Virus record (IMG/VR): IMGVR_UViG_3300025103_000070
Span: 1-36,248 of that record
From: a virus
Taxonomy: Duplodnaviria > Caudoviricetes
Direction: 5' to 3' (one strand)
Length of the DNA stretch: 36,248 nt
A program made the translations under genes and the position numbers. This document shows, piece by piece, positions 30,301 to 36,248 of this stretch. Positions within the stretch are counted from its first letter, which is position 1, and each line of letters starts with the position of its first letter. The notes beneath the pieces were generated by a model. It searched no databases, was not told the origin of the DNA, and saw nothing but the letters and a program-made list of their open reading frames with translations.

Positions 30301-33300
30301 AGCATGCCAAAAGGATTTTGGGAGAGTTGGAATAAAGCAGTGGAAACAGGAAATATTAAAGAAGCTTGGTCTGTATGGAGTAGATATTTCAATCCTAAAA
30401 TAAATAAAATTAAAAACGGCAAAGGAGAATTTGGGTTTAATCCTAATGAAATAATTTTACTTAATAGAAAAACAGGTGCAATAGAATCTTTAGCAGATAT
30501 TTTTGGAATAGGTGAGAAACAATTTGGTAGGGATATTTTAAATCCTGAAATTATAGCTAAACAACAAGAACTTATTGGAGAATGGGCTATTAGAAATCCA
30601 AAATACAACACTATAAAGAAATTGCGTGAACATTTAGCTATAGAGTTAGACATGCTTAATTCTAAAAGAGATGCTACTTTAGAATCTAAAACAGAAATAG
30701 AAAAAATAGATAATATATTTAAAATATCTGAAAAAGCTTCTAATGAAATGTTAGTACAAAAATCTAACACTTTTGACAAAGCTTTAGATGAAGGTAAAAA
30801 AATAGAAAAACCTATTAAAAAAGCTAGAGTATTTGATTTTGATGATACTATTGCTAAAAGTAAAAGTAAAGTATTATATGAAACTATAGATGGTAAAAAA
30901 GGAGAATTAACTCCAGAACAATTTGCAGAAAGAGGTGAAAGATTAAAAGAAGAAGAAGGAGCTATATTTGATTTTTCTGAATTTAATGAAGTAAAAGAAG
31001 GAAAAAAAGGACCTTTATTTGAAGTATTCAAAAAAATGAAAGAAGCTGTTGGAGATAGAGATATGTTTATATTAACTGCACGAGCGCCAGAATCTGCTAT
31101 TGCTATTCAAAAGTTTTTAAAAGAAATGGGGGTTGACATCCCATTAGATCATATTACGGGATTGGGTGATAGCTCTCCTTTAGCCAAATCAGATTGGGTT
31201 GTAGGAAAAGCTGCCGAAGGATATAATGACTTTTATTTTGCTGATGATCATTTACCTAATGTTAATGCTGTTAAGAAAGTGTTAAATCAATTAGATGTAA
31301 AAGGGAAAGTTCAACAAGCTATCATGCAGAAGAGCAATACTCTTAATGATAAGTTTAATGAAATAATAGAACAGAAAAAAGGTATTGGAAAAGAAAAAGT
31401 ATTTTCTGATATTAAAGCGGAGATAAGAGGAGCAGAAGCTAGACGACAAAGATTTTTTATTCCACCTTCTGCAGAAGATTTTAGAGGTTTATTATATACT
31501 ACACTACCTAAAGGAGCTAAAGGAGAAAAAGCATTAGAGTTTTACAAAGAGTCATTATTAGATCCATATTCTAGAGCTATGGAAAATCTATCTACAGATA
31601 GAATTAATTTAATGAATGATTTTAAAGCTTTAAAGAAAGAACTAGATGTACCTAAAGATTTAAAGAAACAAACAGAGTCAGGCTTTACTAATGCTCAAGC
31701 TGTCAGAGTACATTTGTGGAATAAAACAGGTAAAGAAATCCCTGGATTGTCTAAAGCAGATTTAAAAGAACTTAATGATATTGTGGAAAAAGATTTTAGA
31801 TTGAAATCTTTTGCAGATCAAATTCTAGCAATAACCAAAGGTGATGGTTATTCTACACCTACTAAGAATTGGAATGCTGGAACCATAACAACTGATTTAA
31901 TAGATGTATTAAATACGACTAAGCGTAGTAAGTATTTAGAAACATGGAAACAAAATGCAGACATTATATTTAGTAAAGATAACTTAAATAAATTAGAAGC
32001 TGCATTTGGAAAGAAATATAGAGAAGCTGTAGAAAACTCTTTAAAAAGAATGAAATCTGGAAGCAATAGGATAGCTGGAGGGAATAAATTAAGTAATCAA
32101 GTATTAGATTATATAAATAATTCCACAGCTGTTACCATGTTTATGAACACTAGATCAGCTCTGCTTCAAACTATATCTGCTGCTAACTTTATCAATTGGA
32201 GTTTTAATAGTCCTTATCATGCTGGGAAAGCATTTGCTAACCAACCTCAATACTGGAAAGATTTTACTAAGTTGATGAACTCTGATTATTTAGTGGACAG
32301 AAGAAACGGATTGAAGTTAAATATAAACGAATCTGAAATCGCTAATGCAGCCAAGACTTCTAAGAATAAAGCTAAAGCAGCTTTAAATTATATTTTGGAA
32401 AAAGGGTATTTACCTACTAAATTCGCAGATAGCTTTGCAATAGCTTCTGGTGGTGCTACTTGGTATAGAAATAAGATTAAAGATCTTATGAAAGATGGAT
32501 TGTTAACAGAGAAAGAAGCAGAAGCTATAGCTATGAAAGAATTTAGAGATATTTCAGAAATGTCTCAACAATCTTCAGATCCATCTAAAATATCTTCGCA
32601 ACAATCTAGTGATATAGGTAGAATAATATTGCAATATGTTAATACTCCTATGCAGTATGCTAGGATACAGAAAAGAGATATACAAGATATAGCTAATAAA
32701 CGTAGAATGCCTGGCAAAACTCTAGCTCAAAGCAACAGGATTAGAGCAAGTAGAATCGCTTACTACATGTTTTTACAGAACATGATGTTTAATGCGCTTC
32801 AACAAGGATTGTTTGCTATTGGATTTGGAGATGATGAAATGGATGAGAAAGATGAAAAATCATTATTCAAGACTGCAAATGGAATGCTTGACTCTAGCTT
32901 GAGGGGATTAGGTTTAGCAGGTGTAACAGTTCAAGTTATTAAAAACTTAGGAATTGATATTTATGATAGATCACAAAAATCCCGGCCAGAATATTCAGAT
33001 GCTTGGATTAAACTATTAGAATTTTCACCTGCTGTAAAGAGTAAATTATCTAAATTACGTAGTGCTGCATGGCCTTTTGATTCTAAAAAACGAAGAGCTG
33101 AAGTATTTGAAAAAGGTTTTAGTTTAGATAACCCAGCTTATGAATCCATGGCTAAAGTTATATCAGCAGCTAGCAATGTTCCATTAGACAGGTTATATAG
33201 TAAAATAAACAATTTAAAAGCAGCAGCATCTGACGAGGCTGAAGCTTGGCAATCAATAGCAATGATCTTAGGATGGCCAGAATGGCAAATTATGGAAGAT

Positions 33301-33390
33301 GATAAACCTAAATCTAAATCTAAAGCTGTTAATGCATCTAAAAGTAAACGATCAAGAGGTAAAAAAAGAAAAACTAGAAAAACTAGATAA
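24340..33390 (+). CDS. Giant polyvalent internal virion / ejection protein with zincin HExxH, sigma-region-2-like, HNH-like and HAD modules
   Basis: 3016 aa. HEVGH at 27757-27771, FNPEKNDNFSGY at about 28486, EH...RYFN at 30121-30393, DFDDT/ILTAR/K/FADD at 30835-31248, and Gly/Ala hydrophobic helices. Confidence 0.7.
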   Translation: MDEDYLSNIYNGLGGEDFFGKYDDFTTLITSDNEYRKNIHNHFGKNVLGTFNDFTQLTTGNAIEEKGNYYGDEGIIEKTTVTTPQPDAEWKPKYASSYYKSLPLMDEERSNFEEWLEKDSREALPEEVEAERRKKDTEVLDINQQIELGFNVPLQPIEVGRDPLTEDVERRKNYLYNDEEYLSLDRYVNDDIPIIEEEEEEDGYYTRALDFIENDPRALVLPPVLGMKGLELLGDGVGSVLDGVRYLIGKPTSIVGATDTEIDASDETLKQRGAQLKTDQINKAIRDGVGTKVIYIMEDGQLTPHVSKNTNVTKADIVKTEQLVRDHQSALNVQRLSDNEQKIFYKQKELEELPEWDDVRKKELTQEIAKLSEEEGGSNKIFAEDGSYIDKSKATPSDKEANESITQEAKEQYILTDLQSMIKAQDELSMKILYLATEIDKDPDVIDKGMSFLEVLGDAYQEWESEGNRLYNLSFLPGFGDDPRLKEKQTRDIGLLGAWQDEDLIWKNDKEIIKKMVEGYYVDPSLSYLPGKSNVATKFNDLLHQYNVVNRAIQLNMDPTQNVDNDLIDNLATTGAGFAEFVTPSRVETDRSDARAFINFAKDDVGINISERQLEILEGSAGEIAAHTIPEVTKIMGEFFVARKMVGPARIKQLGSVITALGANKPKIVRRALNVSAAIIEEAVAIQAVNTAIRPVTGEEDMSLTWAVGAGVAGSFFKYFSPEAIEGIWTANNKVVNRLITTIGSSETAKMLSSQLIQPAIGTGVMIAGEISEGLLKGRGFSDTMKEALLEQESRTGEFNVNWDKLIGTWGALWAMQIAKAPVNIVRQPLKAIEADILALGKKTRFTKQAAKELGIESNYVEKDAEGNYKITEDYIQQKYREKIQELANDKTLSSKEKSEKFKKLNKSYRQLNNHRQYLDVKKAITDQQGGKQLWADQYVANMNLGYGRKLSGLDIEALGNTPSAKLTKLLVEDPYNPLSSQKNSQLANYIYKVRKYAETLSSEANLIVASQGGLRGKARTKYFDEALKRDNVKNEITILDGLLKKKKISEKIYNEKKGELEKQLEGIESNIDKITDDFTTELKSSDKFKKISKPIIEKAKEAGFEIIEDKTLEGEAEIGGGRFKYNPDKAPEFFTLGVHEVGHPIVNKMLEGKTQAEKDSFVQEFKKILPEKTYRMIEERLLGRQNVKDYKENPNTVEWMNVFLDLTSSGALKYEGNFFDKVGDFLNKYKKGKDYSLDLNFESPKEVYENLKAFAEAAGKGKAAVGEKGEMLVEALKKAPQMEGVQRSMTEKEINKFTKTEEGKPMTQVEWFEFTGKMNDKGDLVNQEKIGKAFEGLINSKIKGDKNQPGWIFGDNAKKDIIDDFKFRLRKKGFYDRKIEEFNPEKNDNFSGYMSSIIHNVYKDVLAANKKTIPTVSRDIQVEGKTMPEAESKDLDPSQLADIALEKERKAKAAKNKPKETIASKVGMPLKIKERGKEIDSEKYIETAAEKVDYRKLPEISTPPGPNQTIPPFLSKLKSQIATSRKYKEEVAQSMGTRKDYMDYLDKNFEKIVKNLPPSYFSGLIEREIKSGKEVSLPKNLIQKDTGKGYTSNWQGKKAVGTKAAKTGITSGLQRIRLNPNFDFKNKANIEAFQKAFKSQGRKEGLAGQVAAKGVIDYLQEKLGTGSKIDRQLKDIYELQGRELPKDYATQFKQQIAKSEVERSFTDEKKLRQEEIQKRLSSLKKHPLFIKEMQGMANAIKTLADKLELTIPKEIGKDGTVRDPIGQQKLYELATNILPLYYGESILSGSTWSNTKLGKGMWFSSDLRSKALSDFRSNIKNELKREKIELINSGMKSPGLDPMKTSSFKARGKESKWIENVDKNYKGLDLFVDQTFKMLKENPDFLGEFLAMMKGSSAASTHFWRNFAQVIGKDLSWNIDKQGGIGEHALVQNQAGEFMTKAVLESIARDNPKAKNIAKELLNENYFQILISHANDGMLKQIGLQSSMPKGFWESWNKAVETGNIKEAWSVWSRYFNPKINKIKNGKGEFGFNPNEIILLNRKTGAIESLADIFGIGEKQFGRDILNPEIIAKQQELIGEWAIRNPKYNTIKKLREHLAIELDMLNSKRDATLESKTEIEKIDNIFKISEKASNEMLVQKSNTFDKALDEGKKIEKPIKKARVFDFDDTIAKSKSKVLYETIDGKKGELTPEQFAERGERLKEEEGAIFDFSEFNEVKEGKKGPLFEVFKKMKEAVGDRDMFILTARAPESAIAIQKFLKEMGVDIPLDHITGLGDSSPLAKSDWVVGKAAEGYNDFYFADDHLPNVNAVKKVLNQLDVKGKVQQAIMQKSNTLNDKFNEIIEQKKGIGKEKVFSDIKAEIRGAEARRQRFFIPPSAEDFRGLLYTTLPKGAKGEKALEFYKESLLDPYSRAMENLSTDRINLMNDFKALKKELDVPKDLKKQTESGFTNAQAVRVHLWNKTGKEIPGLSKADLKELNDIVEKDFRLKSFADQILAITKGDGYSTPTKNWNAGTITTDLIDVLNTTKRSKYLETWKQNADIIFSKDNLNKLEAAFGKKYREAVENSLKRMKSGSNRIAGGNKLSNQVLDYINNSTAVTMFMNTRSALLQTISAANFINWSFNSPYHAGKAFANQPQYWKDFTKLMNSDYLVDRRNGLKLNINESEIANAAKTSKNKAKAALNYILEKGYLPTKFADSFAIASGGATWYRNKIKDLMKDGLLTEKEAEAIAMKEFRDISEMSQQSSDPSKISSQQSSDIGRIILQYVNTPMQYARIQKRDIQDIANKRRMPGKTLAQSNRIRASRIAYYMFLQNMMFNALQQGLFAIGFGDDEMDEKDEKSLFKTANGMLDSSLRGLGLAGVTVQVIKNLGIDIYDRSQKSRPEYSDAWIKLLEFSPAVKSKLSKLRSAAWPFDSKKRRAEVFEKGFSLDNPAYESMAKVISAASNVPLDRLYSKINNLKAAASDEAEAWQSIAMILGWPEWQIMEDDKPKSKSKAVNASKSKRSRGKKRKTRKTR

Positions 33391-33393
33391 ACA

Positions 33394-33669
33394 ATGAAAA
33401 TAAGCGAAGGAACTGAGTTTAAGATAGATATAAAAACTATCATAAGCGTTATTGTTACAACCTCTATGTTCGTAGGAATGTATTATACTTTACAATCTGA
33501 CATTGAAGAAGCTAAAACACTTCCTCCAGCAGAGATAAAAAGAATGGAATATGATCTAAAACAAGAGTGGGTTAGTGAACATATTAGTGAATTAGAGGAA
33601 AAAGTAGACGAAATTCTTTATTGGTGTAAAGAATTAGATAGAGAATTACATAAGAAAAAAAATAAATAA
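33394..33669 (+). CDS. Small single-pass membrane protein with coiled coil, possibly a lysis component
   Basis: Hydrophobic segment TIISVIVTTSMFVGMYYTL followed by a heptad region. Confidence 0.55.
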   Translation: MKISEGTEFKIDIKTIISVIVTTSMFVGMYYTLQSDIEEAKTLPPAEIKRMEYDLKQEWVSEHISELEEKVDEILYWCKELDRELHKKKNK

Positions 33670-34192
33670 GGAACAATAAGATGGGAAACGGTAAAAAATA
33701 TAAGTCTAAAAGACAACTAAAGAAAGAAGGAGTTGTACCTCAAAATAAACTTAAGGAAATGGGTTTAATTAAAAACGCTGAATGGACTGATGAATTAGGT
33801 GATCGATCTTGGAAAGAAGGACCTTTTAGAAATAGAGCTGTAGAAACTTGGAATGGTACTAAACGCGTATATAAGAAAGGAAAAGAAGAAGGATATGATG
33901 GAGATTTATGGAATTTAAAGAAAAATAAAGAAGATGGGGATAAATTTATTAAACGAAAATCTCATACTGTTTCATATGAAACTGGTACTCCTGATGAATA
34001 TGAAGAAAAAGTAACAGGTATAAAAATAGGAAAAAATATTATAGCTGTTAAAAAAGATGCAGCGGGATTAAAATATAAAGAGACAAAGAAAAATAAACGT
34101 AAAGGAGTAAAAAGACCTATACCAGATAGTTTTAAACTACCTAAAACAATTTCAGAAAAGAAAGGTTTATAATGAAATAAACTAAGGAACAA
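33667..34192 (+). repeat. 10-bp direct repeat TAAGGAACAA flanking the 163-aa gene
   Basis: Copies at 33667-33676 and 34183-34192. Confidence 0.6.
33681..34172 (+). CDS. Lys-rich hypothetical protein
   Basis: 163-aa ORF flanked by a TAAGGAACAA direct repeat. Confidence 0.6.
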   Translation: MGNGKKYKSKRQLKKEGVVPQNKLKEMGLIKNAEWTDELGDRSWKEGPFRNRAVETWNGTKRVYKKGKEEGYDGDLWNLKKNKEDGDKFIKRKSHTVSYETGTPDEYEEKVTGIKIGKNIIAVKKDAAGLKYKETKKNKRKGVKRPIPDSFKLPKTISEKKGL

Positions 34193-34227
34193 AAAAAATG
34201 GGCACCATACCCAAAGTTCCTGTAACC

Positions 34228-34261
34228 AAAAAAGGGGATCTCAATACGAGGTCCCCTTTTT
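34228..34261. terminator. Bidirectional intrinsic terminator between the convergent operons
   Basis: AAAAAA-GGGGATCTC-AATAC-GAGGTCCCC-TTTTT. Confidence 0.9.
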
Positions 34262-34282
34262 ATTTATACTAGTGTAAGTAAA

Positions 34283-35695
34283 CTACTTTATCACCTTAGT
34301 AACTGTCCCATTATCCCATAAATGTATCATAAAACCTTTTTCAATTGAATCAATTTCTTGCCCATGGATATTTATAGTTTTAATAATACGTTTTCTTTCT
34401 CCTTTAACTTGAATAGCTATTGGATGAAATGTTTCACTTTTTCCATCATAATCTACTTGTCTTAATCTATAATAAGTATAACCTACGTGAGGATTATAAT
34501 CATTAAGAAAGTATGACAATTGGGTATTAGTAGTGCCTGCTCCTATTACACTATCTACTAAAGACCATTGTTCTAAATCTGTAGATTTTTGAACTGTAAA
34601 ATAATCATTATTAATTTGGGAAGCTACAGTCCATTCTATATGAACAACATTTCCACTTACTTCTCCATTAAATGATACTAAAACTATAGGTAAAGCATTT
34701 CCGCCTCCTTGGTGTCCAAATACAGTATTAGGTCTAATAGAATTAGTATATCCATTGGAACTAGGGAAACTTCCATCACTGTAATTATATACTACTGAAT
34801 TAGATTTAGCAGTGTATTGAAATTCAGGATAACTAAGAGCGTATGATCCATGATTGTTAACTACTTTAACAACTAAATTTCTCACTCCATCCCATCCATA
34901 AGCTCCTTGTAAAACAACTTCATTCCATCCGGGAACAAAACTTATAGGACCATCATATACTTTTTTCCACTCATCCCAAGGACCTGCTCCAGCTTCAGGC
35001 ATAGTTCCATCATGAAATATTTCCTCAGGTGTCATTGCCATCCAAATTTCTTGATTATTTAAAATCATAGAATTTCCATTCAGAACATTCCAACTAATTT
35101 TCTCCATTGTTAAAGGTACTCCACCTAATTCTGCAACGGTATATATAGAAGCACTCCAACTATAATCATAATATCCATAAGCAGGAACTCTACCATCGTT
35201 TAACGTAGAGTTAGGATCTCCAATAGTAACTTCATTACCAGTTCCACCGCTACTACCACCTCCCGTGGAAGCTGGAGTTTTATATATCATTACTTCAGTA
35301 GAAGTAGAATTAGACACGCAATTATATTCAGTTAAGTGTACATACAAAACACCTGTGTAAGCTGCTGTATGTTTAATATAAGAAGTATATCCTGTACAGC
35401 CAGCAAAGTCATCATTAAAATCCACAATAACTCCTAGCTCATCTATTAGAGTTAATTGAGTATCATATGAAGCATTTACCCCACCATGATTTCCACAAGT
35501 AGAAAATTCATATTCATCTCCAGTAGTTATATTTACTCTTATAATTTCACCTGCCCAATTATAACTAGTAGCAGATCCCCATGTATTATTACTTGGCGTA
35601 TACGCTGTACTTGGATAATAATTAGTACCATTATCACATTGAGCATTATAGAATCCTATAATCACAATAAATATTAAAGTTAATAAATTTTTCAT
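34283..35695 (-). CDS. Secreted protein resembling Bacteroidota T9SS cargo (signal peptide, PPC-like domain, beta-sandwich, LPxxLxxF domain, CTD-like tail)
   Basis: MKNLLTLIFIVIIGFYNA|Q, YEFSTCG...YDTQLTL...FNDD, LPIVLVSFNG...YYRLRQVDYDGK, and C-terminal IIKTINIHGQE...DNGTVTKVIK. Confidence 0.7.
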   Translation of the reverse strand: MKNLLTLIFIVIIGFYNAQCDNGTNYYPSTAYTPSNNTWGSATSYNWAGEIIRVNITTGDEYEFSTCGNHGGVNASYDTQLTLIDELGVIVDFNDDFAGCTGYTSYIKHTAAYTGVLYVHLTEYNCVSNSTSTEVMIYKTPASTGGGSSGGTGNEVTIGDPNSTLNDGRVPAYGYYDYSWSASIYTVAELGGVPLTMEKISWNVLNGNSMILNNQEIWMAMTPEEIFHDGTMPEAGAGPWDEWKKVYDGPISFVPGWNEVVLQGAYGWDGVRNLVVKVVNNHGSYALSYPEFQYTAKSNSVVYNYSDGSFPSSNGYTNSIRPNTVFGHQGGGNALPIVLVSFNGEVSGNVVHIEWTVASQINNDYFTVQKSTDLEQWSLVDSVIGAGTTNTQLSYFLNDYNPHVGYTYYRLRQVDYDGKSETFHPIAIQVKGERKRIIKTINIHGQEIDSIEKGFMIHLWDNGTVTKVIK

Positions 35696-35707
35696 AGTAG
35701 TATTGTT

Positions 35708-36247
35708 TTAATTAATTTCACAAGCACCGCCAGCACAAGCAAGCTCGCCAGCCAGATCAGTGTTGTCTTCAGACTCGAGAACATTTTCTAGGTTTATATC
35801 GGTTAAAGATTTCATCATATAGTCGTATTTAGTCTTGCTAATATCCTCGAAAGGAGCTTGAGTATAAGTACCACCATCGTAAGGTAAGACAGAAAGACCA
35901 TTATAATGTTCTCTATTATCCCACATCCACTCCCCTGCGTAACTCCATTCAGCTTGTTTTAAACTGACAGTGGCAGAAACATTATGAGTGTTACTACCTT
36001 TTCTATGACCTGGTTTCACCCACTCTGTAGCAACTTTCTTAATCCTATCTAACAAATCAAATGGTGATTCATCTCTTAAGATAGCACCTTCAGGAGCTTT
36101 TTGTGGTATACTGATTACAGCAGTGTCATGTGGTCTAAAGAATTCATCTTCCACTAGCTCAGGATGGTTTACACTTAAGTATTTGTACATACTTTCATTT
36201 TTTCCAACTCTTACTCTACGGACATAATAATCGTTATGCCAAGCATG
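35708..36247 (-). CDS. nrdJ: Class II (adenosylcobalamin-dependent) ribonucleoside-triphosphate reductase, 3' part; the gene starts beyond the window
   Basis: HAWHNDYYVRRVRV, HNVSATVS, GLSVLPY, YTQAPFE and the C-terminal redox pair CAGGAC. Confidence 0.85.
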   Translation of the reverse strand, partial: HAWHNDYYVRRVRVGKNESMYKYLSVNHPELVEDEFFRPHDTAVISIPQKAPEGAILRDESPFDLLDRIKKVATEWVKPGHRKGSNTHNVSATVSLKQAEWSYAGEWMWDNREHYNGLSVLPYDGGTYTQAPFEDISKTKYDYMMKSLTDINLENVLESEDNTDLAGELACAGGACEIN

Positions 36248-36248
36248 A

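Noticed and set aside
30258-31031. 257-aa antisense ORF within the giant gene
   Set aside because: It is the Phe/Ser/Leu-rich mirror of a Lys/Glu-rich sense frame, with no motifs and no codon distortion in the sense gene.
24340-33390. Virion RNA polymerase as in crAss-like phages
   Set aside because: No DxDGD or DFDID catalytic motif was seen. DFDDT fits HAD motif I, with motifs II-IV following.
1-36248. Stop-codon reassignment, introns, inteins, tRNAs, CRISPR arrays, DGR
   Set aside because: Genes are intact and tightly packed under the standard code. No cloverleaf, spaced repeat array, intein ends or reverse transcriptase were recognised by eye.

Overview
AT-rich segment of a tailed dsDNA phage, most likely a short-tailed phage of marine Bacteroidota (Flavobacteria) with crAss-like or Cellulophaga phi38:1-like gene order. 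This assignment is inferred from gene order, the absence of Shine-Dalgarno sites and a T9SS-type cargo gene. The + strand (1-34172) carries a virion morphogenesis operon: LamG receptor-binding proteins, a GroES-like co-chaperonin, putative TerS, TerL, portal, scaffold, major capsid, decoration proteins, tail ring proteins, a two-gene tail stabilisation/nozzle protein, and three ejection proteins, the last a 3016-aa polyvalent protein. This operon converges at a bidirectional terminator (about 34228-34261) with a - strand region encoding a secreted T9SS-type protein and the 3' end of a class II ribonucleotide reductase. The most notable signals are: (1) a hidden layer of +1-frame overprinted ORFs inside TerL and the scaffold gene, supported in TerL by distorted codon use; (2) a giant ejected protein carrying zincin, sigma-region-2-like, HNH-like and HAD modules separated by a repeated [VM][QE][RK]S linker; (3) one Gly-rich beta module inserted four times into three structural genes; (4) a candidate late promoter AACAAGTGATTATA; (5) a phage-encoded T9SS cargo protein. 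All assignments come from motif recognition by eye; no searches were run.
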